Counted from the stretch's first letter, positions 1 to 7,278 are shown. The stretch is 21,302 nucleotides of DNA from Tolypothrix carrinoi HA7290-LM1 (GCA_019358935.1 JAHHIK010000133.1:1-21302), one strand, 5' to 3'. Made by a program: numbers and translations. The notes: a model not told the origin generated them from the letters alone.

Positions 1-30
1 GTGGTGGAAAAGTACGGAATACAGCCATAA
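1..30 (+). CDS. 3' end of an upstream CDS (partial, ...VVEKYGIQP*), product unknown
   Basis: Frame 1 is open from base 1 to TAA at 28-30 and is followed immediately by a terminator-like hairpin. Confidence 0.4.
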   Translation: MVEKYGIQP

Positions 31-32
31 AA

Positions 33-66
33 TAAAAGATCCTCAGATGTTTCCGAGGATCTTTTA
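33..66. terminator. Bidirectional intrinsic terminator
   Basis: Perfect 12-bp stem TAAAAGATCCTC (33-44) / GAGGATCTTTTA (55-66) with A- and T-tracts at the ends, between convergent ORFs. Confidence 0.75.
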
Positions 67-115
67 CTATTTGTCTATGTATGTCAATATTTGCCTACAA
101 AATGAGTGAAGTTAT

Positions 116-241
116 TCAATACCTAATCTCAAATCGAGATAAACAGTTTTGGTGATGGCTGATCCGCACAGATTTGTCGATTGCAGAGACAGTGAGCGTT
201 TCGCTCTTTGGTTGCAATACTTTGCATCGCTTGTTAATCAT
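116..241 (-). CDS. Putative 41-aa small protein (MINKRCKVLQPKSETLTVSAIDKSVRISHHQNCLSRFEIRY)
   Basis: Translated by hand. AAGGAG Shine-Dalgarno at 254-249, 7 nt before ATG (241); TGA at 118-116; terminator downstream. Absent from the ORF track, whose shortest entries are 60 aa. Confidence 0.45.
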   Translation of the reverse strand: MINKRCKVLQPKSETLTVSAIDKSVRISHHQNCLSRFEIRY

Positions 242-460
242 GTTGATACTCCTTTATGTTTTTAAGTTTGAGCAAGACGTTAGTAGTTAGCCACCCGGTT
301 CACTTAGCCAGTTATAAAGGTTTCTTGTGGATATGCCAAGCGATCGCAAGCTTCTCGGTCGTTATTGTCAAAACCTCGTTTTTGGGATCGTAGGCAGAGA
401 ATTGACCACACCATCTAATTTCACCCGACAGCGATCGCGTCTGAAAGGGAAAGATAATTT

Positions 461-1312
461 TTATTCTTCTGGTTTACGTCGGCGCCTGGGTCTATCTTGG
501 TCATCAGGCAAGTTGTATTCGAGATTTTCAGTTCTGCGGCGTCTCGGTCTATCTTGGTCATCACGCGAGTTGTATTCGGGATTTTCTACCCTGCGACGCC
601 TGGATCTATCTTGGTCATCACGCGAGTTATATTCAGAATTTTCAGACCTGCGGCGTCTGGGTCTATCTTGGTCATCACGTAAGCGATCGCTCACTTCGTT
701 AAAGAAATCCCGGCGCAAAAAAGGATAATCGCTGACCCACAAATCGCGACTGGGAATATAGATATCGCTGATTTGGTCAATTGTGCTTAAATCCGAGCGA
801 TTGGACATGACGAGCATTTCTGCGATTTGACCGCGAGCGATCGCTTTATGATAAGGGCGTAGTGGTGCTTTAAACTCGGCGGTAAATCCTGTATCATCGC
901 CCAATTCTAAGTTAATCCACTTTTCCCTATTTTCTACAATCACCAATTCACCTCTATTGTTGACTGTTTCCTGTTTACCAATCAACTCTTCTGTAAGCCA
1001 CCAATCCAGCACTCGACCCCGAAAAAAGCCACTATATTTATAACTGCGGTATTTAGCATTACGCACACTTGCCCAAAATACTGGTCCCCAAAACCAGTAA
1101 AGAGATGCCACAAATCCTAGCAAAAATATTATTGCCCCAAAATCAAGTCCGAAAAGGGCTTTTATAAGCAAAAGAACAGCCGCAGATACTACAGAAATTA
1201 ATAGCCGTTGCAATAAATCAGGAAACTTCCCCCAATAGTATTTATATTGCGGAGAACTAGCAATCCAGGGAACGAGTTGTTCAAATTTCTGGCGAGTCAG
1301 TGGGACTAACAT
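461..1312 (-). CDS. Conserved cyanobacterial membrane protein (two TM helices; family often loosely annotated 'phosphate ABC transporter permease'), 283 aa
   Basis: The real start is probably MLVPLTRQKFEQL at 1312, since the ORF-track extension to 1552 is translated tandem repeat. Hydrophobic segments LLISVVSAAVLLLI and FGAIIFLLGFVASLYWFW; charged repetitive C-tail. Confidence 0.85.
   Translation of the reverse strand: MLVPLTRQKFEQLVPWIASSPQYKYYWGKFPDLLQRLLISVVSAAVLLLIKALFGLDFGAIIFLLGFVASLYWFWGPVFWASVRNAKYRSYKYSGFFRGRVLDWWLTEELIGKQETVNNRGELVIVENREKWINLELGDDTGFTAEFKAPLRPYHKAIARGQIAEMLVMSNRSDLSTIDQISDIYIPSRDLWVSDYPFLRRDFFNEVSDRLRDDQDRPRRRRSENSEYNSRDDQDRSRRRRVENPEYNSRDDQDRPRRRRTENLEYNLPDDQDRPRRRRKPEE
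464..680 (-). repeat. 57-bp coding tandem repeat, ~4 copies (19-aa unit DDQDRPRRRRxENxEYNxR)
   Basis: The core TCTATCTTGGTCATC recurs four times with a 57-nt period. Confidence 0.9.
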
Positions 1313-1359
1313 GATTTTGTCATTTGTTGGTTGATAGTTGATGGTTGATAGTGGGCATG

Positions 1360-1467
1360 GGGCCCTATCGCAATGGGCACGCTCGCAATGGGCACGCTCG
1401 CAATGGGCACGCTCGCAATGGGCACGCTCGCAATGGGCCCTATCGCAATGGGCACGCTCGCAATGGG
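1360..1467. repeat. 15-bp tandem repeat x7 (GGGCACGCTCGCAAT / GGGCCCTATCGCAAT)
   Basis: Read directly: five copies of one variant and two of the other. Confidence 0.9.
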
Positions 1468-1496
1468 AATAAAAAGAAGCGATCGCGTATTTCACT

Positions 1497-1550
1497 TGCC
1501 CCATGCCCCATGCCCCATGCCCCATGCCCCATGCCCCATGCCCCATGCCC
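1497..1550. repeat. STRR heptamer (TGCCCCA)n
   Basis: About 7.5 tandem copies; typical Nostocales short tandemly repeated repetitive sequence. Confidence 0.9.
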
Positions 1551-1565
1551 ACTATCCCCTATCCA

Positions 1566-2393
1566 CTAGAGTATTTTTTCTAAGCCATATACTAACGACT
1601 TTAACTGGAGAACTTTGCGAATTGCCAGTAGTACTCCTGGCATATAACAAGCGCGATCGCTTGTATCGTGCCTTAAAGTATAAATTTGACCTGCTGCGCC
1701 AAAAATCACTTCCTGATGGGCAATCAGCCCCGGCAAGCGCACGCTATGAATTCTAATGCCTTCATCTGCTAAACTTCCCCTGGCTCCTTTTAGTTTCTCC
1801 GTTTCTTCCACAACAGCAGGGTTAAATATTTTACCCATTTCTCCTAGCATCTGTGCTGTTTGAATCGCTGTACCGCTGGGTGCATCAGCTTTTTGGTTGT
1901 GATGCAACTCGATAATTTCTACGTGGTCAAAATATTGAGATGCTGTAACGGCTGCTTGTTGCAGCAATACCATACCAATAGAGAAATTAGGAATAATCAG
2001 ACATCCGGTACTTGCTTTTTCGGCAAAATCTGCTATGTTTTGAATTTGTTGGGGACTTAAGCCGGTGGTGCCAACTACAGGACGAATACCGTAGGCGATC
2101 GCACTGCGAACATTGTCATAAACTGAATCCGGATGGGTAAAGTCTATCATTACCCCCGGTTGTTTTTCTTGTGCCGCAAACGCCAGCATCGATTCCAACT
2201 GATTGGTAATTGGTACTTCTAGCGGTTCACTTAAACCCGCTAGTTCCCCAGCGTCTTTGTCTTGATGTTCGGCGGTTGTGTCAATTGCACCGACTAAAAT
2301 CATATCAGGCGCTTGCGCTACTGCTTTCACCACCTCACGACCCATTTTGCCAGCAGCACCGATAACAACAACTGGAATAGAAGCTTGTGCCAT
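1566..2393 (-). CDS. dapB: 4-hydroxy-tetrahydrodipicolinate reductase
   Basis: GAAGKMG Rossmann motif, IDFTHP, VVGTTG, PNFSIG, catalytic [18 protein letters not shown], and [10 protein letters not shown] at 2393 ([10 protein letters not shown]). Confidence 0.97.
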   Translation of the reverse strand: MAQASIPVVVIGAAGKMGREVVKAVAQAPDMILVGAIDTTAEHQDKDAGELAGLSEPLEVPITNQLESMLAFAAQEKQPGVMIDFTHPDSVYDNVRSAIAYGIRPVVGTTGLSPQQIQNIADFAEKASTGCLIIPNFSIGMVLLQQAAVTASQYFDHVEIIELHHNQKADAPSGTAIQTAQMLGEMGKIFNPAVVEETEKLKGARGSLADEGIRIHSVRLPGLIAHQEVIFGAAGQIYTLRHDTSDRACYMPGVLLAIRKVLQLKSLVYGLEKIL

Positions 2394-2685
2394 AACTTGA
2401 GAAATGCTCGTAAACCTCACAAGCGAATTGTAGAAGAATTTGGTTATCTAGATCGCTTTTCAAATCTAGAAAGTGCGATCGCACTTTTTATTGTGACTTA
2501 ATTTACATGGCGCAGGAACTTGAGTAATGCTAAATTAGTCCCAGTCACAGAACAAAAGCGTTTGCGTATCTCAAGGTTTCACGATTTTGGTTAGGCAGAT
2601 TTGTATAAGTCGTACTAATTAACAACCAAATGATGTGAAAAGATTAATCCCATGTCTCTAGCTACAAACATATTATTCCAAGTAA

Positions 2686-3051
2686 ATGAACAAAAAATTT
2701 GTCCTCACCTTGCTTTCTAGTCCTGTACTGTTTAGCTCCATATTGTCTATAGTCATGATGACTCAGCCTGCTCATGCAAGTCAAACAGGCACCCCACCCG
2801 GAACCCGTCTTTCATGCGTGCGAGATCCCCACACAGCAACTCCTCGTTTTGCGTGTCAAAGAGTTAGCAATAGTAATGCTACTCAAGCTAAACCAGCAGT
2901 CAAAGTAGCACCAGTTCAACCAAATCAGATTACTGAGCTAGAATTCACCGACGCTGAAAGCGATGAGGCGATAAAATTATTTGGCTGTGATTGTCCTGCC
3001 TGCATCAATGCTGTACGTCAGATTCACGGTTTGACTCAGATGGCAAGTTAG
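2686..3051 (+). CDS. Small secreted protein with C-terminal GCDCPAC motif
   Basis: Sec-type signal peptide (MNKK, hydrophobic core, PAHA|S), a Cys pair in the middle, and C-terminal FGCDCPACINAVRQ. Confidence 0.8.
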   Translation: MNKKFVLTLLSSPVLFSSILSIVMMTQPAHASQTGTPPGTRLSCVRDPHTATPRFACQRVSNSNATQAKPAVKVAPVQPNQITELEFTDAESDEAIKLFGCDCPACINAVRQIHGLTQMAS

Positions 3052-3062
3052 CGTGTGAGGTT

Positions 3063-3236
3063 CGTAGTGAGCCAGCGCGGTCTTCTCCCAAAGGCAGAGC
3101 CTTTCCAACGCACTGGCTCCCCATGAGCGACTTCAGAACCCGTTCGCGCAGCGTCTCGTTCGCGCAGCGTCTGGTGAAGGAGAAGAGAAGGGTGAGCGCG
3201 AAGAGCGCTCAAATCAAGGACTTTAGTCCTTACTAC
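3063..3236. repeat. Nest of small dispersed palindromic repeats
   Basis: GAGCCAGCGC (3069-3078) is inverted to GCACTGGCTC (3110-3119); duplicated CGTTCGCGCAGCGTCT; GAGCGCGAAGAGCGCTC and AAGGACTTTAGTCCTT hairpins. Part of it matches the element at 18489-18535. Confidence 0.7.
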
Positions 3237-3554
3237 AAACTTATTCCCAGCTATACATAGGGCAGAATACGAACAATTACTTGAAAAAGAGCCAGAAAGT
3301 AACTTCTCTGGCTCTTATTTTGTCTCAAAACAATTAAAATCAGACTAAATTCGGGAAAAATTTCGAGTTGACCAAGCCCCGTTGGGGCGGGGTGTAGGGT
3401 ATGGGGTGTGGGGTGTGGGGGAAGAGATAGCCCCAACAACCAGTGGGTCACAAGCCCCATTCTTTAGGACGATTGCGTTGGTCGGGGTTTCAAGCCCTGA
3501 CCAACGCCGTCAACGAGACCTGCAACCCTAACCATGCAACCCCACACCCTTCTT

Positions 3555-3735
3555 GTTGACCGAGGTTATGCAACCGTTACATAAGACTTACTCAAAGCTA
3601 TTCAACCATTTGCTTTTCGTTTGGTAGATAACTGGCAAAACGGTTAGCTTTGAAGCTTACTTCCTCTTTCATCCTGGTAGTGTCGGCACTCACCAGTCCA
3701 GAGGCGCGAGCACGGTCTAACTGACCGCTATATGT
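3555..3735 (-). ncRNA. Putative TnpB omega-RNA (reRNA) scaffold plus psaK-derived guide
   Basis: The minus strand GCGGTCAGTTAGACCGTG...GGACTGGTGAGTGCCGACACTACCAGGATGAAAGAGGAAGTAAGC...CTTTGAGTAAGTCTTATGTAACGG reads as a relic IS607-type TnpB C-tail (AVS*TVLA/GLVSADTTRMKEEVS), the region that encodes the omega-RNA. Stems CGGTC/GACCG and CTGGT/ACCAG; -10-like TATAAC at 3747-3742. Confidence 0.6.
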
Positions 3736-4020
3736 GTCGAAGTTATAAAAAAAACTTCTTTTGAGGCGCTACTAACGACCCTCTACGCGAGTTGCTTCAC
3801 TTGGGGAAACCCCAAGACCGCACTCGCTTGTCTATGGAGCCTGCACAACGCCAGTGGCACGTTTATCAAACGCCAGTCTTAGCTGTCAGGGGTTTATCCT
3901 CTGACGGCACGGTTGTTAACCGTTACTATATTGACTATTCTAGCATCTTTTCGCTATATCTACTCAAAATTGACCACTTGTGATTAGGCTTGAATAGCTT
4001 TTAGGTTACAGCTTCTAGCC
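3574..4020 (-). mobile_element. Non-autonomous IS607-like mini-element (~445 bp, no ORF) inserted in psaK
   Basis: GG dinucleotide at both junctions; 12-bp subterminal inverted repeat AAAGCTATTCAA (3594-3605) / TTGAATAGCTTT (3990-4001), 17-18 nt inside each end; psaK coding sequence resumes on both sides. Left boundary uncertain by 1 nt. Confidence 0.7.
3785..3828 (+). repeat. ~45-bp small dispersed hairpin element (copy inside the mini-element)
   Basis: GCGAGTTGC...TTGGGGAAACCCCAA...GCACTCGC; homologous to copies at 7753, 14511, 15529 and 18489. Confidence 0.8.
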
Positions 4021-4531
4021 CTACACCTAATAAATGACCAAAGGAAGTAGTTGCTAACAGCGCAGGTAAACCAAAACCACCAAAAAAATTGGATGAAGGC
4101 AAAGCTGGTTCTGATTGGGGATATTTGATACTGGATTTACCGAAAGCGATCGCTGCGGACATTGGGTGAGAATCATAATTATCCCCTACTGTCGGACTTT
4201 ATTGCAACGGTGTTGTAGGAACAGCAAGCAAGGTGGATGTAATCAACTGATTTTCGACAAAATTTTTATTGATTAAAAATATAATCTGAACTTTGGGTAA
4301 ACAAATTCAACAGTCAACTGGGAATTTGCATCAATAATTTACAGATTTTGTCATAACTTCATATAATCACCGTTTTGCTCTTTCTCACTCGCTTGTTATC
4401 GTATTAGCTTTCCACACCCCACAGGAGAATTGTACGAAAGATAAATCAAAAAAGGTACTCTCAAGGGTACTGTCAGAAAATCTACGGATTACCCAAAATG
4501 AGGAGACAGAAAACTCATTTTAATAAGTCTT

Positions 4532-4933
4532 ATGTTTCTCCAAACCTTTGGCACGGCGATTGTAGACTATAACTTTGCCGCTAGTCCACCGCCCAACATA
4601 GTCTACCTCGCACCCAATATCGGAACGTTCGTTTTAGCCGACAACGGAACCGCTAATTTTGTTTGGCAAAAAGACGAAAATATTGAGTTTTACTGTGAAA
4701 CGTTAAAATATAAGGGAATCCGCACCATCTCAAATGTCAAATATTACGAGTGCGAAATGCTTGTAGAGACATCAATAACCTGCAAGCAGATGATAAAACT
4801 ACTGTTTGGTTGCAAGCGTGCAAGCATTGATGACGGATATCGTATCTTTTACCAACGACCCCAAGATGAAGATTATCAGCTTTGGGCTTGGGATGCTCAA
4901 ACTTTTAAACTGCACAAAAAAGCAAATCACTAG
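4532..4933 (+). CDS. Hypothetical protein, 133 aa, no recognised family
   Basis: ATG-started ORF with protein-like composition, followed by a palindrome at 4955-4983. Confidence 0.55.
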   Translation: MFLQTFGTAIVDYNFAASPPPNIVYLAPNIGTFVLADNGTANFVWQKDENIEFYCETLKYKGIRTISNVKYYECEMLVETSITCKQMIKLLFGCKRASIDDGYRIFYQRPQDEDYQLWAWDAQTFKLHKKANH

Positions 4934-4954
4934 TACAAAAAGTTAGGAAAAGCG

Positions 4955-4983
4955 GTAGAGACGTTCCATTGGAACGTCTGTAC
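4955..4983. repeat. Palindromic dispersed repeat GTAGAGACGTTCC-N3-GGAACGTCT(G/C)TA
   Basis: Near-identical second copy at 12487-12514; both lie just downstream of + strand genes. Confidence 0.8.
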
Positions 4984-5098
4984 AAAAGTTCGGAGTAGGA
5001 GTAGGAGTGTCAAAAACTGCGATCGCCTAAGTTGAGTTTTGCCTACGCAGCGATATCTAGCAACAAATCGCTTTGCGTCTACACCAAACCAACAAACT

Positions 5099-5344
5099 GA
5101 AGCGGTCTGTTTCGTAACGGGAGCGGTCTTTCTCGTGCCGGGAGCGGTCTTTCTCGTGCCGGGAGCGGTCTTTCTCGTGCCGGGAGCGGTCTTTCTCGTG
5201 CCGGGAGCGGTCTTTCTCGTGACGGGAGTGGTCTTTCTCGTGACGGGAGCGGTCTTTCTCGTGACGGGAGTGGTCTTTCTCGTGCCGGGAGCGGTCTCCC
5301 TCGTGCCGGGAGCGGTCTGCCTCGTGCCGGGAGCGGTCTGCCTT
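5099..5344. repeat. 21-bp VNTR, ~12 units (consensus GGAGCGGTCTTTCTCGTGCCG)
   Basis: Contiguous units with no spacers; degenerate at both ends; variant blocks (GTGACG, GAGTGG) in the middle. Confidence 0.95.
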
Positions 5345-5453
5345 AAAACTTTATAAGGCAGATGTCGAAAACCCCGGAAGAACAAGCACGTAGTGCTGTA
5401 TTCTGTGCAATAGATGCGGGGATGAAGGCTGGTTAGCAGGGTTTACCCTGCCT

Positions 5454-5858
5454 TCAAGCTTTTTGTTGTTCTATATACCGCTTCACTGTTTCTGTACAAA
5501 CATTGCCTGCCGTACTTACGAAATAACTAGGTGTCCAGAGAGTTGGGAGCTTCATTAACTCTGGGAATTCTTTTCTCAATACATGAGACGCTCGACCTTT
5601 AATTAGCCGAATAATTTTGCTTGGGTCATCGCTAGGCTTTGCGTTTACAAACATATGTACATGGTCTGGCATAATTTCAAGTGCAATAATTTTCCATCGG
5701 TTTTCAACACAAACCTCAAAAATAATCTCTTGCAGTTTTTCTGCAATAGCCCCTACTAGCACTTTTTTACGGCGCTTCGGAATAAACACAAAATGATAGT
5801 TCAGGAGTGAAACCGCGTTACCCTCATGCCGATACTCATCGGGAGAAAACTTAGCCAT
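5454..5858 (-). CDS. tnpA: IS200/IS605 Y1 (HUH) transposase TnpA, 134 aa
   Basis: LNYHFVFIPKRRK, HUH motif PDHVH, LWTPSYFVSTAG, catalytic Tyr in VKRYIEQQ. Start MAKFSPDEY at 5858. Confidence 0.95.
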   Translation of the reverse strand: MAKFSPDEYRHEGNAVSLLNYHFVFIPKRRKKVLVGAIAEKLQEIIFEVCVENRWKIIALEIMPDHVHMFVNAKPSDDPSKIIRLIKGRASHVLRKEFPELMKLPTLWTPSYFVSTAGNVCTETVKRYIEQQKA

Positions 5859-5948
5859 AACTTTACAATAATACTTGGCAATTTGTATATAGCTATTGTA
5901 TATTAGTAATAGATCGAATACAACAAGTTTAGGGGAAAGGTTAAAGCG

Positions 5949-7092
5949 ATGCTGGTTCTGGAATACAAAGTTAAAGGCAAAAAAGCTCAATATGCAGCTA
6001 TTGATGATGCTATTCGTACCACCCAATTCATCCGCAATAAAGCGGTTCGATATTGGATGGATGCTGATAAAGAGTTGAAAGTTGATAAGTTTGCACTTAA
6101 CAAGTATTCCACCCAACTACGCAAAGAATTTCCCTTTGTCGCTGACTTAAATTCGATGGCAGTGCAATCAGCCGCAGAGCGTGGATGGTTTGCAATCTCA
6201 CGGTTTTACGATAACTGCAAATCTAAAAAATCTGGCAAGAAAGGCTATCCTCGCTTTCAGAAAGATTGTCGTTCGGCTGAGTACAAGACATCGGGATGGC
6301 GGTTACATCCAACTAAAAAACGTATAACTTTTACTGACAAAAAAAGTATTGGTACCTTGCGGCTTTTAGGAAAGTGGGATATTCAATCCTGCGATGTCAA
6401 AGACATCAAGCGGATACGTTTAATTCGTCGCGAGTCGCGGGTATTACGCTCAATTCTGCATCGGCATTGTGTTGAGCGATATTCAACCTAAAACAGGGGC
6501 AGAAATAGGTTTAGATGTTGGTATAGAGTCGTTCTATTCTGACAGCAATGGACATCATGAACCTAATCCTAAGTTTTTGAGAAAAGCAGAAACATCGATT
6601 AAGCAATCTCAAAGACGCATTTACAAAAAGGTAAAAGGTTCACTGGGTAGACGCAAGGCAAGAAAAGTCTACGCCAAAAAACACTTAAGAGTAAGTAGGC
6701 AACGTATAGAACATGCGAGGAGAGTCGCACGTTGCGTAATCAAATCTAACGATTTAGTAGCCTACGAAGATTTAAGAGTTTCTAATATGGTTAAAAATCA
6801 TTGTTTAGCAAAATCAATCAGTGATGCTAGTTGGTATTTGTTCAGGCAGTGGTTAGAATATTTTGCCGTTAAGTTTGACAAAATAGCTGTTGCTGTTCCA
6901 CCTCAATACACTTCTCAGAAGTGTAGTAGCTGTGGTGTAGTTGTCAAAAAATCTCTATCAACTCGCACCCATAATTGTACTTGTGGATGTAGTTTGCATA
7001 GAGATGTTAACGCTGCGGTAAATATTCTAAATCTTGCAAAAGCTAGGGTCGGGCAGACCCAAAGTAACGCTCTTTGGAGTCGGAATCTCTAG
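5949..7092 (+). pseudogene. tnpB: RNA-guided endonuclease TnpB, split by a +1 frameshift at ~6432-6438
   Basis: The N-half (GYPRFQK, SAEYKTSGW) joins the C-half via IRR../GYYAQFCI. RuvC motifs GLDVG, AYEDL and HRDVNAA and the zinc ribbon CSSC...CTCGC are all in the second frame. Confidence 0.92.
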
Positions 7093-7191
7093 GCTAGTTG
7101 GCGAAAGCCTGCTAGCGCAAATTCTGACGTAGATTACAGAATCCCCGTCGCTTTAGCGCGGGGAGTGTCAATTGCTCTACCAGATTCATAA
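7020..7191 (+). ncRNA. Putative omega-RNA of the IS605 element (scaffold to TCAA 7171, guide TTGCTCTACCAGATTCATAA)
   Basis: TnpB omega-RNAs are known to overlap the tnpB 3' end and right end and to take their guide from the flank. Hairpins GGGTCGGGCAGACCC and GCTAG..GGCGAAAGCC..CTAGC are present. The 5' limit is approximate. Confidence 0.6.
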
Positions 7192-7278
7192 CTTACCGAA
7201 TTTTCTTCTTGGCGCGGCAACCAACACCCCAAGGATAATCTAAACTCAAGGTGATAGCGATTATTTCCTGCCTTTGTT

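Larger units (their letters stand above)
3556..4246 (-). pseudogene. psaK: Photosystem I subunit PsaK pseudogene, split by an insertion
   Basis: Hand translation from TTG 4246 gives MITSTLLAVPTTPLQ*SPTVG[DNYDSHPMS]AAIAFGKSSIKYPQSEPALPSSNFFGGFGLPALLATTSFGHLLGVG (to 4019). After the insert, LHNLGQ follows at 3573-3556. This matches Nostocales PsaK as recalled (W-S-P-T-V-G-I-I-M...FGHILGVG-xILGLHNLG). In-frame TAA at 4201-4199. Confidence 0.88.
5355..7171 (+). mobile_element. IS200/IS605-family element (IS605 group: divergent tnpA and tnpB)
   Basis: Right end AGAAT-CCCCG..CGGGG-AGTG-TCAA (7138-7171) has the GAAT guide / TCAA cleavage pair known from IS608. Left CCCCG...CGGGG hairpin at 5372-5421, preceded by AAAA. 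The left boundary after TTAT (5351-5354) is inferred from TnpA guide-pairing rules. Confidence 0.88.

Noticed and set aside
1313..1552. N-terminal extension with (CERAH)x7 and MGHGAWG repeats, resembling a Cys/His metal-binding domain
   Set aside because: It is the in-frame translation of a 15-bp tandem repeat and an STRR; the protein-like sequence begins at MLVPLTRQK (1312).
2603..2615. NtcA-like GTA-N7-TAC upstream of the 121-aa gene
   Set aside because: The spacer is 7 nt, not the required 8.
3574..4020. Group I intron/IStron, tmRNA, or CAST tracrRNA interpretation of the insert
   Set aside because: AGATATAG/GAATAGTC resemble the group I S element but lie near the 5' end with no preceding R/P7 partner. 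There is no tmRNA tag or tRNA-like ends and no Cas12k/Tn7 genes. An Infernal scan would settle it.
4167..4183. Zur-like TGAGAATCATAATTATC
   Set aside because: Three or more mismatches, and it is explained by psaK codons (I-I-M-I-L).
5099..5344. Possible CRISPR array
   Set aside because: The units are contiguous with no unique spacers, and there are no cas genes in the window.
4930..5385. 151-aa and 105-aa ORFs over the 21-bp repeat
   Set aside because: They are open only because the repeat unit is a stop-free multiple of 3; there is no convincing RBS or non-repeat domain.
5859..6116. N-terminal extension of the 220-aa tnpA ORF
   Set aside because: It overlaps tnpB on the opposite strand; TnpA-like sequence starts at 5858.
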